64,000 bases of DNA from contig CM059425.1 in the NCBI GenBank assembly GCA_030390025.1, forward strand, positions 171,556,001-171,620,000. Reading direction: 5' to 3'. Of this stretch, positions 10,876 to 23,598 are shown one piece after another (position 1 is the stretch's first letter; each line of letters starts with the position of its first letter). A model generated the notes under the pieces. That model had not been told where the DNA came from. It saw only the letters and a program-made list of their open reading frames with translations, and ran no database searches. The position numbers were made by a program, and so were the translations under genes. Source of the stretch: Squalus acanthias. Its lineage: Eukaryota.

Positions 10876-11409
10876 GGTACTAGAGTCAGTCAGGTGTCAC
10901 TGTATCATTTGATTCTTGTTTCTTTGATCTCAAGTAATCTGGTCCTGCTGGTGGGGAGGTGCCACAGGGTGTTTTGGGGAGAAGAGCTTGACTGGCAGCT
11001 CCTTGTCCAGGCAGAGCGATATATTGCGTCATTTTTGGTTAGTTCATCTCAGTCCTCTGATATCGAGATTAGAGACTCCGTGCAGGTGGACAATCCCTAA
11101 CGTACAAGTTATGTTAGGGGCACTGCTCCAGGTGTAGTATTACTAGAGAGTTGGCAAGGTAATGCAGTTTTTATTTATTGTTGTACTAGAGGAGGTATAC
11201 ATTCTACATTCTGTAATCAAGAGAAATCTGGTGTATTGATTTTCTCTTATTTTTACACTGAATGAACTTGATTTATAGCTATAGGCTATGTCACACTGTC
11301 TCATAGCATGTTTATTCATCCAACATCCAAAGAGCATGAAGAGGGCTTGCGTCAATTCAGTGAGCTAATTATAGTTAATTACAAAGTTTTTTTGACCCGG
11401 GCAACGCCA

Positions 11410-11635
11410 AAACAGCTTGCATTTATCTAATGCCTTTAACATAGAAAAACGTCCCAAGGCATTTCACAGAGGCGCAAGGAAAAATGGATGCTGAGCCAAA
11501 GAAGGAAAGGTCAAGGAGGGGTGACCCAAAAGCTTTGTCAAACTAGTGAATTTTAAGGAGGGTCTTGTAGAAGGAAAGGGAGATGGAGGGGTTTAATGAG
11601 GGAATTCTGGATAATGGGGCTTCAGTGGCTGAAGT
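11410..11635 (-). mobile_element. L2 LINE 3' end fragment
   Basis: Similar to 23600-23830 (cttgcatttat...gcctttaacatag...gtgacccaaaagctttgtcaaa). Confidence 0.7.
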
Positions 11636-12207
11636 CAAGGATTTTTACTGAGTGGGGGTAAGCTGAAGGTAGCCCTTAAACAGTCAAATATTTCTGTAAA
11701 ATTAATTTGATTTTGTTTAGATTGCTATAAAGCTACTAGAGAGATCAACAAAAATTGCTGATAATTTGCTAAATACACTCAAATAGTGAAAAAGAGGTCA
11801 CCTTTATAAAGATGTATAAATTAGTCCACTGGAATTATAAGTTAAAAGCAAATAGAGTTTAATGTTTGACTGCTGGCAGCTCTCAAGAATTCCACTGGCC
11901 CCAAGCTGACTGTTTTTTAAAACAGATTTCAGCTCATCATCATGATATTAAAAAATGTCCAAATATTGCTGTAATAATGCAATATGGATATCTAGAGCAG
12001 CTTTATTACCGTAATACTCTTATACTACCAAATATCTATCATTATGCACCTTTTTGTTTTACATTTCTGCTTTGTATTCTCTTTTTACTCCATTTTCTCA
12101 TTCTTTGAATCCCACTATTTCAATGCTTATTTTGCATTATTAATGATTCAGCATTTCCTTGCCTTTTTTCCCTCTTATTTAAGTTTAAGTGACATTCTTG
12201 AATTCTC

Positions 12208-12555
12208 GATGGCTCAGCAAGTTTATCCAGTAACTGAGCTCGAAAGGTGCCAGTTTCAATCCTCAGTGTGAACTGAGGTAGTTGATCTCAGCCCAGGCAG
12301 TGGTAAAGGTACTATGATCGGCTAAAGCACTCCAGGGTTAGAGAGGGATAATTGGGGTTCCTGCTCCTGATCATTATCCAGTAACCCTAGTTGGAAATGC
12401 CCATGGGTGGATGTCCACTCTGTACAGGATTGAGCCTGGCTGCGATGCCCTCGCAACACTCATCGTCAAGGCTCACACATGAATAATTCGGCTTGTACAC
12501 GGTACCAGAGGGTGCATGGCTTGCCTGAAACAGTACCCCAGCAAAGAGTCAACAC
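12208..12555 (+). mobile_element. Old tRNA-derived SINE (family not named)
   Basis: Head tggctcag...tttcaatcc and body gttgatctcagc...ggttcctgctcctgatcattatccag. Related copies near 13205-13535 (-), 15560-15740 (-) and 29030-29345 (+). Confidence 0.6.
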
Positions 12556-13204
12556 TTTAAGAGCATGGAAGAAAAATAATTGCTGAGAACATAAATAAAA
12601 AATCAATTAATAAATGAACAAGCATACTTGATTTTCTCTGCCTCAAAACAGTTTCCTTGTTTGACATCAGCTCGTGCCTCAGCCATGATTGGCTTAAAAA
12701 AAACAGATCCAAAGGGCATGTTCTTGAACCAATCTGGATTAACCAGATCACACTTTTGTTCCAGAGCCCAATTGGCCATTAGATAACTTGATGACAGCAT
12801 AGGGAGCAAAGCATTCGCAAAATGAGTAAGCTGAGTGCAGTATTCGAAGAATTAAAAACACTGATCAGACGCACTGTGTGACACCATACATATCCCAGGC
12901 AGCACTCAGATAGTGTGGTCTGATAATGCAAAGCAGCATTATTGCTTCGTACAAATTGCTTGGCAATTTATAAATTGGCCCTGGACAAAATATAATTCTC
13001 ATGAGATTAGCTGCCAGAGTTGCTGACAATCTACCAGATCAGTACCTATGTTTGCAAGGCAAGACTTGATTCATTGTGGACAAAAGTCATGCATCTTTTG
13101 TCAGTGGAATTTCTTAGTTACTCCATTTACAAATATACAAAAATAGGATTTATTCCCCCTCCTCTCCTGACAGTGCTGACTCATGCTGGAGCACTGATCT
13201 ACTG

Positions 13205-13535
13205 GTACTAGTGCTCTCCAGTAACTTGCTCATCCATTCTTAATGTGTGAGCCTGAGTTTCAGCTGACTATTCAATAATGGGGGAAGAAGCAATCACAGC
13301 CAACTCAACCCTGTCCTTGCCCAAAATCCACAAACACTAGCCAGTTAGAGTCACAGGGTAACAATCAGGAATAGAAACCCTAGTCTATCTTTTCCTCCCC
13401 TCCCCACCCTTAGGATACTCTCCAACACCTATAATGCAACCACTACCCAGTTGAGATTGGCTAATCCAGCCAAACTACCAGAGATCAAACCAATACAGAG
13501 ATCAAACCAAGACTCCCTTGCTCTGCATGACTCAG
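13205..13535 (-). mobile_element. Old SINE, same family as 12208-12555
   Basis: Reverse-complement similarity: aatcaggaatagaaaccc, ttgagattggctaa, tgtgtgagcctga. Confidence 0.5.
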
Positions 13536-14940
13536 TATCATCCAGAGACACATTTAAAAAAAATGTGTCCTAATTATGTTGTGCTCTTCCACAACAGGAC
13601 TATGGTACAGTCTCTTTAAATGGACTAACTTTAGTCTTCTCTTCTGCATGGCATCTCATGTCACTTTTGGAACTGCAAATTAACATTGTCTTTGTACCTC
13701 TGAAACAGCACCATCATTCTGGTGTTCTAACCCAGCTAGCTTTGTGACAATTCAAAGGCAGAATTCTGCATGTATTACAAGTGACACAGCCTAAAGTAAT
13801 GAATTGCAAGTGAAGGGGTTAACATTACTGTGTTTGAAGCTTGCCACCTTATTATAAATTGCCCTAAGGGTGGTAATGCTGCAGGATATAAATCCCAGAT
13901 ACCTGTCAGCTATTCTGCTAGGATTTTAAATGTTATGCAGCACTTTAAAGAACAGCACAAAAGAGCTCAAGTTCCACAGAGCAATTTAAATTTTATTTCT
14001 TGCTATTTTTAAAAGACTAATTGGATAGTGGTAGCTTTCACCACTGGGGAAAGCCACATGCGTGCAGTATTATTCGCAGACACAGTAGTTAGCAGCCATG
14101 AAATGTGGTTATCAGTAGAGATGGCAAAATAAATCAGGAATCAATATCTTGACATGGGCTGAAAATACATCTTACTGTGAAATCAAAAGCACTGGCCTCG
14201 ACCTTATTACAGATCAGATTAGCTTAATTAGAGTCAAGGGGAATACTCATGTTTTGGTGTCCATGTCATATATGCAATTATGCACTCGTTACATTTTCAA
14301 CAGGTTACTGAACAGATTATTTTGAAATGACCCACCCATCATACTTTGCATGATGGAGAAAAATAAAAGGGAAGTAAAAGAGACATATGAAACATTTTGA
14401 CTTGATTTTTCTTTACCCCCAGAAACACGATCTAACCCAGATGATTGTACTGACGCATGGTGCAATAGGAGTTGCTATACGGAGGTGGGCTGAAGGACAC
14501 TGATGGGTAAGAGTAGAGGGAACATTACTCTGTACTAACTGTGCTAACACTGGCTTTCGAGTGCCTGATGCCGATACCGAGTGCCTGAAATAGAAACTGC
14601 CCCAATCTCCTGCATTAATATCTCTCACCTTGCTGAGCATTAAAAAAATTAAAATGTCAAAAGGCCCAGAATTAGCCTCAAACAGGGGCATGTTTATCCA
14701 ACAATAGAGAAAGTCTCACTCTCCTGAACTGATAAAACTTTGAGTGATACATATAAGAATCAGTAGCCAATGTTCCAACAAGTCACATTTAGTCAAAAAT
14801 GAGATAAGTTGCCAGCCTCTCCCAATAGTGCACCTGCTCTACATCTCCCATCACAAAATGCTGGCCTCAGCACAGACATAGCCACTAATGTGATTACAAG
14901 CCCGGAAAAATTTCTGCTATTCACTGGGTTTATCAGTGGC

Positions 14941-15233
14941 TTTCGGAGCTATCGATCGCCCCTTCCTCAGGTGAAGTAGAGAAATACAGACTCGACAAAG
15001 CTTTATCACACCTCGGCAGATAGTCAGGATGATTTAATTTAGTTGTCTGCAACATGCATTGTTCTCTATCTATATATGCTTTGTCGAGTCTGTATTTCTC
15101 TACTTCACCTGAGGAAGGGGCGATCGATAGCTCCGAAAGCTTGTGATTTCAAATAAAACTGTTGGACTATAACCTGGTGTTGTGCGACCTCTCAATTTTG
15201 TCCACCCCAGTCCAACACCGGCATCTCCGCATC
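14941..15233 (+). mobile_element. Non-coding PLE family A mini-copy with an inverted arm
   Basis: 12-bp TSD tttatcagtggc at 14929-14940 and 15234-15245. 63-bp perfect inverted repeat, 14939-15001 and 15078-15140. 3' end matches 3120-3203. Confidence 0.92.
15105..15146 (+). ncRNA. Minimal hammerhead ribozyme motif
   Basis: TCAC-CTGAGGA-A-GGGGC(GATCGATA)GCTCC-GAAA-GC-TT-GTGA. Stem I TCAC/GTGA is a compensatory variant of TTAC/GTAA. Confidence 0.8.
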
Positions 15234-15767
15234 TTTATCAGTGGCATCATATGGCTCAGACATCCCACTAGTAGCTGGGGAACTTCAGCTTATGGCACAA
15301 CACAGGATCTTGCAAATCACTACCAACAGCTCCATTAAAATCACATAAGGCTCTAAAAGTCGAGTACCACCTCAGCCGACATAAGCACTCCCACGAGCTA
15401 AAAATCAAACACTACAATAAGATCACCCGGTCAATCACAATACTTGAGACCATTTCATCCGCCACAAAGACACAACAAAACTAGTTTCATGTTTGTACAA
15501 GATCTCTTACCATGAATTTGGAAAACACACAATAGAACCGTGCTCTTGTATGGTATCCCAGCCGATCAACAACAGGACCTTAAGCAAACCTTTCCACTCC
15601 CCGGCACTTGGGTGCTGAGGCCTATTGTAGCAGGTCAACTGCCACCTCAGATGAGATCGGCTAAAATAGCACAGACCTGGTGTCAAATGTCAGACAGGCT
15701 CAATACTATGCATGGTTGTATATTTACCAACTGAGCCACTGACGGAACTCAAGCAACATTAAGTCAT

Positions 15768-16466
15768 TGCCCCAGAAATTGCTGGAGCGGCACATCTTGC
15801 AGTGAGCGCCATGAATTGGACTTTTTACCTCACGCTTCAGACTATTATTTTTGCACCACAAATTGCTGGAATTGCGAATTGATAATGGCGCGGCGATGGG
15901 GCATTTAGGACCTCATGAACGTCGAGTCCAATGGCCTATCTCTCTAAGCAATGAAATTTATGGATACAAAAATAAACAGAGCAAATGAAAGAAGGAAATA
16001 GGGTGAATTAGAGTCAAATTAGATACGGAAAGAGATATAAAGAGAGGGAGAGTAGATTCAGAGAGTGAGGAAAAAAGACTAAAGGACCCGCGGGAGTGAT
16101 ACTCCACAGTTTCTTTGTTCCCTTTCTGGGCCTCCAAGATTGAGTGGTATGTCAAGACTGTAAATCACATCGTTAACACGGTCGTTGCAACATGAATTAC
16201 CAGCGCTAAATGGCTGCGTCGAGATTAATTCGTATTTACGGTGTAGGTCCAACAATTTCTTGATACTCAATGTCAATGGAAAGGGTGACGGCGAGCTCCT
16301 GTTTTGGCGAGGCTAATAGCGGAGCAGCGCAAATCGGCCAGCAATTTGTGGCGATTCGCAACTCATGGCATATATCTTTCTCACCACAAATTGCTGTTTT
16401 TTTTTATGCACTAATAATGGTGGGTGCCGTGAATTCGCTGTTACTTTTTCAGCAATTTCTGGGCCC
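15768..16466. mobile_element. Non-autonomous DNA transposon or MITE (PIF/Harbinger-like)
   Basis: Terminal inverted repeats (TIRs) cccagaaattgctg and cagcaatttctggg. No coding capacity seen. The superfamily is inferred from the TIR style only. Confidence 0.6.
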
Positions 16467-17919
16467 TTATATTAGCACTGGATTCGTTTCTTGATCCAAG
16501 TTGTTTGTTTAAGGAAGTTTTCTCTCAATGCCCAGAACTGATTTCTTCAGCAAGTGCTGAAAAGTTGGTAAATGTTTTTTTTTCTAAAAACTTAGTTTGA
16601 TTGCTACCCTCAAAATGTTATCCAAATATCATTAAATATTCAATTTAAATAAATAGCTTCTCTGCACAGTAACATTTGTTTCCAAGCAATATAACACTTA
16701 AAAAGTTTGACAAAGTAACAAAACAAATTATACGTTATCCGTGTGTATAACACTGCTTTCAATAGAGACACAAGATAATGACGGATGAGGAAGGCCATTC
16801 TTAACAGCCATCCAGAAAGACTGTGATGCCACCCTCATTTCATCATCCATTAATTTTTAAAAATGATTTTAGTGTTTTTGCTTCTACTACTTTATTCGGG
16901 AGTCCATTCTGTAAATTGTACACTTTTTACATGAAGACCTTCCTGATATCAGTCCTAAATTTGCCTTTTACTAACTTTAACTTGTGGCCCTTTGACCTAG
17001 TTTCGCAATTTAGTTTAATTTTAACACCAATTAAAAACTTTTTAAAAACACATTTACCTCAATTAGATACAGTCCACAGTTAACAAGGATTTTCATGGGA
17101 GTTGGGTAACCAGTCGGAGTCAGAGCTTAGCTTTGATTTAAAGCAGCTAAAATGATTTTTTTGCAGACTCTGGGTTCTTGAACCAGCAGAACAAGTAACT
17201 GTTATCTGGATATCCAGTAGCTGGGTGAATTTACAATCATTTAGCTTCAGGTCAGGAGAACAGAGGAAGTCAAGGCTTTGAGACAGAGAAACCAGTAGGA
17301 GCTGGACTACCAACAAATGAGACCGGTTCTTCGAATATACACATCAGCTCAGTTTGTTCTGCTAATCAGCAGTTTCTGTGCAAACAAAGAAAAAAATCTT
17401 GTGCAGTCTTGCAGTTTATTCAGGACACAGAAGCACTTCATTTGCCTCATATCTCCAGCTTATGTCCTTTAAATGATAAGATTGATTAATTACTGGATGA
17501 TAGGATGGACTTGGGTTTTATTTTGAGACTTATTTGGTCATAGTGCAGAAAACAGAGCTCAGGTGCTGTCGTGTCTGATTTAATTGACAGCTTTGGGCAG
17601 GAGGATCCAAATGCACAGTTGTTGTCATCAGAATCAATGGCAGGTTAAAACTGTAAGACTATAATAACTTAGCTTTTATATTGGATTCAACAGTAAAAAA
17701 AAAATCACCACTTATATCGTAGCAGTAGACTTTCAACATAAAACGACATATGCCATTGAGCCTTCCTATGAACGTAAACAAGAATTAAGATTAATGTATG
17801 ATTTGGCAACTTTCGAATGTAACACTGCTCTTTTCCTTGGGACTAGGGCCAAATTACAAAGCTGAAGTTAAAAAATAATGTACTGATTTGTGAGTAATTA
17901 AAGAACTAGCATTGTTATG

Positions 17920-18395
17920 GTGGCTTTCATGTCCCCTGTATATCGCAAATACTTCACACCAAAGAATTACTTTTTAAAGTGTAGTCACCAATGTTTCCTG
18001 CAATTTTTTTGGGGGCCGCGCGGCCTGTTCAAAATTCCGCGCATGTGTGGTTTTTTCAATTTAAAAGCTGGCTCACTGGCTACGCGGGACCTAAAGGGAA
18101 TGTTGGTAGTCATTGCTATTTTGTAGACAAATGCAGCAGCCAATTTGCACACAAGGTCGCACAAACAGTAATGAGACAAATGACCAGATAATCTGTTTTG
18201 GTGATGTTGGTTGAAGGGATAAATATTGGCCAGAACACCAGGGAGAATGCCCCTGCCTTTCTCCCAATAGTGTTGTAAGATCTTTTAGATTCACCCGAGC
18301 ACGAGACGGGGCCTTAGTTTAACATCTCACCACAAAGACAGCACCTCAGACAATGCAGCACCCACTCAGTACTGCACTGAAATGTCAGCTTAGAT
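17920..18395 (-). mobile_element. DeuSINE (SacSINE1-like)
   Basis: Reverse complement of the Deu core (cagtactgagtgggtgctgcattgtc...gagatgttaaac...gccaatatttatccc...cagattatctggtcatt...caaattggctgc). Related to 22510-22915. Confidence 0.8.
17989..18105. mobile_element. 117-bp hAT-type MITE nested in the DeuSINE
   Basis: 8-bp TSD gtagtcac and gtagtcat (17981-17988, 18106-18113). Imperfect 11-bp TIRs caatgtttcct and agggaatgttg. Confidence 0.7.
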
Positions 18396-18792
18396 TGTGT
18401 CCTCAGTGATCAATCCTGCCGCACAGGACACCTGTAATCAGCTGATCACTGAATGGTTTGAGATGGCAGTGAGAGAGAGCTGTGGGGATCAGGAAGAATG
18501 GAGAGAAAAAAACCTGACATGTCTGACTGTTACGGTCTTCACCATGGTTCCTTCGATTCAAAGCAATCCTAATAAAGATGAGGACAGTTTGATGCTGCCA
18601 TCTTTCCTGCAGCATGTGTTTCAAAGCCTCTTACTGTTTTTTGCAGTACAGTTGTCATTGGATGTTGGATTTCTGTGTAGAGTTGAAAACTTCCACTTTC
18701 CATGAAACACATTACCATGGGCACCAGTATGAACACACAATCAACACCTATGGTCGGAGATATAACACTAAGATGATATGTGGAGATACAAT

Positions 18793-19555
18793 GGGGCATA
18801 ATTTGTGGTCGATATGATGGTGTACTCTCAGAGTACGCTGTCATACCACCTTTGAAATTAACCGCAAGTTTGTGATTTCCGCATGTGCTAAATCCTGAAC
18901 TTGCAATCTGTCAATTTCCAACTAGACAGATCATCCGCTGCGACTGTCAAATCCTCAGTGGTGGTGAGAAGTTGGGCTAATTGCCCATCAACTGTGCAGC
19001 AATTATGCTGGAAAATTTTACAGCTGGTGCAAACTGGTGCAGGAGCATGTTTGCACAGCGTATGGGCGGGGGGGGGGGGATGAGAAAAATGTATGAATAA
19101 TTAGAAACGAACATATAAAAGCACCGTGTATCAACCTACTAGGCAGCTGTAAAGGCTCGGTTTGAGGGATGAGATGTTTTAATCCTTTTTATAATCTCGC
19201 AGAGTCTTCCAGTAAATAACTGTACTTACTCCAAAGTATTCCCTGTGCTTTTTAAAGCCAAGTATTGTACTTGTCAAACAAATATTCACACCGTTTAATT
19301 TAAAATGTGATTGATGTCGGGCATCGGAGATTTGTTTTCTGATTGGCTAGTGAAAGGAGCACCGCCCCACGTGCTCCCAGATACGCTTACGCACAACAGT
19401 GCGCCCCTGGGATCCGTGGGCCACTACGCTGCGCACAACTCTACAGCGTGTCAAAGCAAGTTTTCGTTTGGGGCTTCGCACGAGTTAAGTGTGGATTTCG
19501 TTCGGAGGTTGGCAGCTTACTCCTTAGCTACGCCGCTGACCGCAATTTCAGGGCT
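18793..19555. mobile_element. Old non-autonomous DNA transposon (Harbinger-like)
   Basis: Degenerate TIRs ggggcataatttgtggtc and gaccgcaatttcagggct. CpG-rich subterminal regions. Confidence 0.4.
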
Positions 19556-22509
19556 AATGTTTAAATGGCATATACATCTCAAGAAATAATATTTAAAGTA
19601 TCAGTCGCCGTACTTTTGTCCTTAGAGGGAATCTTCCAACCACACGATTTGACCTACGGAGTAAAGGGTGACTCCTATTACCCTGATGCTTGGCCAGGTT
19701 CTACATAAACAGATCTACACTGAACAGCAGCAAGATAAATAATTGGTAGTGTCCAGGGTGGATTTTCTTGATTAACTTGTAATACTATTTCTAACTGCAG
19801 TTCCCGGTATTGGAGGTGTAGTGTGTTTCACAGGCAAAATGATCTGTGCTTCATCCTTCCGTGCTTATTTATTTTACCTCTATAATAGCAAGAACAGAGA
19901 TAACACATTGGAATATAGAAATTCCATAAAATCAAGGTTGTCAGCTGAACTTATGAAGCTTTTTAAAAAAATCTTAATAGTGAGCCTCAACATACTACAC
20001 ACACACAAAGGATCGAGTGTTTACAGCATGGAGAAAACTGACAAGCTTTTGTGTCCTTCTCATGTGAAGGGAGAAATGACTTAGAATTCCAGTCACTTGT
20101 GGAATCATTGTACTCTCAGTTATCTATATAGAACAGTTCTCAAACACACAAGAGCTTTTCATACACTGAATACATTCTTTTCACAGCTTGCAGATAGGAT
20201 TTAATAGTGGGGGGAAAAATAGTCAGTTTTCGTAGCTCCTGTTTTTATTCAAGGACAGTCTGCAGCACTGCGTGGATGTCCAAGACCGATAATTAGGAAG
20301 TCTGCCTAATATCATCACCATTACTTGATCCTCACACCAGAGGATTTATCACCTTAGACAGCAGAGTTATTAAAGAGGCCCTTCTCTCACATACTGCACT
20401 GACGATAATAAACCAGTGTATTTAATCCTTTCAGGATATTGGGCATATTTAGCTCAAAAGATAAAAATGGAACAAGTTAATTCTTGATGCAACAATTCTA
20501 CCCCAGTTTTCTCCTCTCCCCTGCTGAAGGTGATGGCATATTCTGCAGTGTGGTTCCACAGGGGCTTCACCCAAACGGTCACTGTTGTACAAGAGTGTTG
20601 GATAAATACAAACAGTTGGTTGAGAGTACTGAATAAATACATACAGTCGTAACAAGATCACTGAAGCGCGCTGGGTTATTGGCTTCACCTACCGGTGCCA
20701 ATTCAAATCCCTCACAGTGTTGGATTCAGTTATTCCCTCCAACCATTTTCCCCAGAGGACATCAGGACTCACCGTTTAAACATTATTTTGAAGCAACAAG
20801 TATTAGAACATTTAGTGGATCTGCATTATATGGGAAGAGCACAGCGCTGTAATTGCCCTTCACATCATTGGTGGAAGAATTTATGTGTATGAAGGTGGGA
20901 CTGGTGGTGATGATGAGAGGTTACCAGACTCTGTTATAGCATGATTACAACCAAGCGTGAGTGCATGTAGAAAGTGAAATCCTGAGGAGGAGGCAGAGTT
21001 AGTGAGCAAGAAAGCAAAATTCAGGGAGCAAGTAGGACAAGGGGAAGAAAGGGTTACACACCAATGAGATGGTGGAGCACACATGAAGTAAGATGTAAGA
21101 CACTGTGAACAAGCAACAAGTGAAGTGAGAGCCAGTGAAGAAGAGTGTAGGCTGGCCAGAGATGAACAGCAGAATCAGTAAGGTGTATGAATTGAATCAT
21201 GAAGCTAACTTTGGTAAATGGTCAGAATCAGTTTTGTTTCTTCTTGGGGATGTCTGTCAACGACTATGAATCTGAGGTCGGGAACTGTGAGATGCCCAGA
21301 GTGCACCGTATGCAGGTAGAGGATTTGGAGCACATTCTGTCAATGTACAGTGCTTCAGTTGGGATGTACACACGGTGCCGTAATTGGGTACAGAGAGTTA
21401 ATGCGGTGCAGCAGATTGTATTTAAAATAAGCAGACAGTAATTGAGTAAGTGAAGGAAGGGGGACCAGATGAGGAGTGTCTTGAAAATTCTGCTTACAGC
21501 ACAGAATATTCTCAGACACAGACGCACTAAGGTGATTAGCCACTAGTTTTATTGGGTTTATGGAGACCTCCAAGTCTGACCTTCACCAATATGCATTTCT
21601 ACTTACAGCACATTGAAATGCTCTGAAGGCAGCTTTTTGAATTCTCAGTCATGATTCGTGCAGATTTCTCTCATTTAAGGTAAAGACCAAGAAAGACCTG
21701 GTGAGCAAAGCTCATCTTTCTCTGATGCTCACTGGGTTCAAAGAGTTATTCTAAATTACTCCAACCTAAAAAAGAATTGTTACTTGAACTAAGCCCTGAT
21801 CATGCATCACTTAAAGAGAAGATCCAGTGGAGTACTCTGAAAATACTCCCCCCTCATTCTACTCAAAAATATTTATTTAGAAAAATATGGTTTGACTTGT
21901 TGGGCCCCCTTGCTGGTATGTTGTTCTGATGATGTCACTGCATACCCAGCTGGTAGTGCATTTACCTGGGGTCAGATGGCTGTGGACCCTGTCTGAGGGT
22001 CACCTGAAGTCACGTGCCCACCGCATCGATGGAGATTCTTCAGGATCTTCCTCAACAGTGAGGTCACTACAGCAGCCTCACAGCAAGGGTGCATGATGTG
22101 GTGGGTGTCTCTGATGGACTACTAAAAAAAAAACCTTTATAACTTTTTAAAAAGAGAACATGGTATTCTGAATAAAAAATAATCCTTCTAAATTACAGTA
22201 TACGGGAGAGAAGTGGAGAAATCACCCATTTGTGTCAATTAGACTGATCCTGCTTATAAGTGCAATATATTCCGTATTCATTAGATTTACCACTGAACAT
22301 TCTGATTATAACACAAGTATTATTCAAAACTGCATTGAATGAAAATTTTTCTTACTGAAACAATTTTATTTTCGTCAGGAATATTTAACAGTCCGGGTCT
22401 AATTAATATCACGCATGGCTTTATAGGAAGCAACTTTTACCTCTATGTAAGATCTGGTCCACCATCTGTAAAAATCACAGATTAAAGTTAGTTATTATCT
22501 AGCTATGAG

Positions 22510-22915
22510 CCTTGGCATCTGATCATGGGTTCAAGCCACACTCCAGACATTTTGAGCATACAATGTAGGTTGACACTCTAACGCAGTGCTGAGGGAGTGC
22601 TGCACTGTTAGAGGTCCTGTCTTTCAAATGAGATGTTCAACATCTGTGCTTTCAAGTGAATGTAAAGGATCCCATGACACTATGTGAAGAGCAGGGGAGT
22701 TCTCCCACTTTCCTGGCCAGCATTTAACCCTCACTAACTCAGCAGAAACAAAATTACTAAAAAAGATAATCTGGCCATTTGATTCCTCGCTGTTTGCAAA
22801 TCAGCTGCCATGTTTCACTACATTACAACAGTGACTACACTTAAAAAGTACATAATTGGCTGTAAAGTGCTTTGGGATGTCCTGAAAGGTGCTATATAAA
22901 TGCAAGTTCTATCTT
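22510..22915 (+). mobile_element. DeuSINE (SacSINE1-like)
   Basis: B box gggttcaagcc, Deu core gcagtgctgagggagtgctgcactgt...gagcaggggagttctccc, L2-type tail gtgctatataaatgcaagtt. Confidence 0.85.
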
Positions 22916-23598
22916 TATGGTCAAACAGCAAGTTCACATTTGAATATATTTTTCAACAATCCAAATATTACAAGAATATAAACACAATTTACCAATGTTA
23001 GTTGTGGTGTTATTGATAACTCCTGGCAACTGGGGGACACACCCCACTTTAATCTTTTGCTGATTTCCAGTTTTTAATATACGTTTATCATTTCATCACC
23101 AATCAATCACATATATAGCAATTTAGATGATCCTTGATAAAAGATTGTTAAAATATACTATTTTCAGAAATTGACTGAATTCTGTGTGATCCACCATCAG
23201 GGAAATGCCTGCACTGGGGAAAAAACATAATGTACTGCAAAGACCACTGAATTGTAAAATTGCAATTTGTATATACTACATCGTACCATTCTTGGTATCC
23301 TAGATAACATTTAGTATTATTAGAATACCAGTCAAGTGATGAATATCATTACAGTACCAGTCAAGTGATGTTGCATACCTAAACATCTTATGTCACTTTC
23401 TATTACTCTGCATTACCTATATCATTCACACACTTCACCTATTAACAACGAAAAATAAAAACCACAAAAGCAGCAGCCGGAACTAGTAAACAATTCTACC
23501 AAGCTTCAGTATTAAATAGAAACACTTTCCTGACAAATTCTCAAGAATAAAACAAGACCATTGGACATGACAGTATTTTTACTTTGGACTTCATACAT

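Noticed and set aside
10876..11140. GC-richer segment following the CR1 fragments
   Set aside because: I could not assign it to any family or reading frame by eye; a database search is needed.
18400..18850. Cluster of short ORFs with exon-like composition
   Set aside because: No recognisable protein, and no consistent splice-site pair giving an open frame.
23326..23370. 16-bp direct repeat taccagtcaagtgatg with a 13-nt spacer, CRISPR-like at a glance
   Set aside because: Only two units in a vertebrate context; a simple local duplication. A similar short duplication lies at about 13479-13510.
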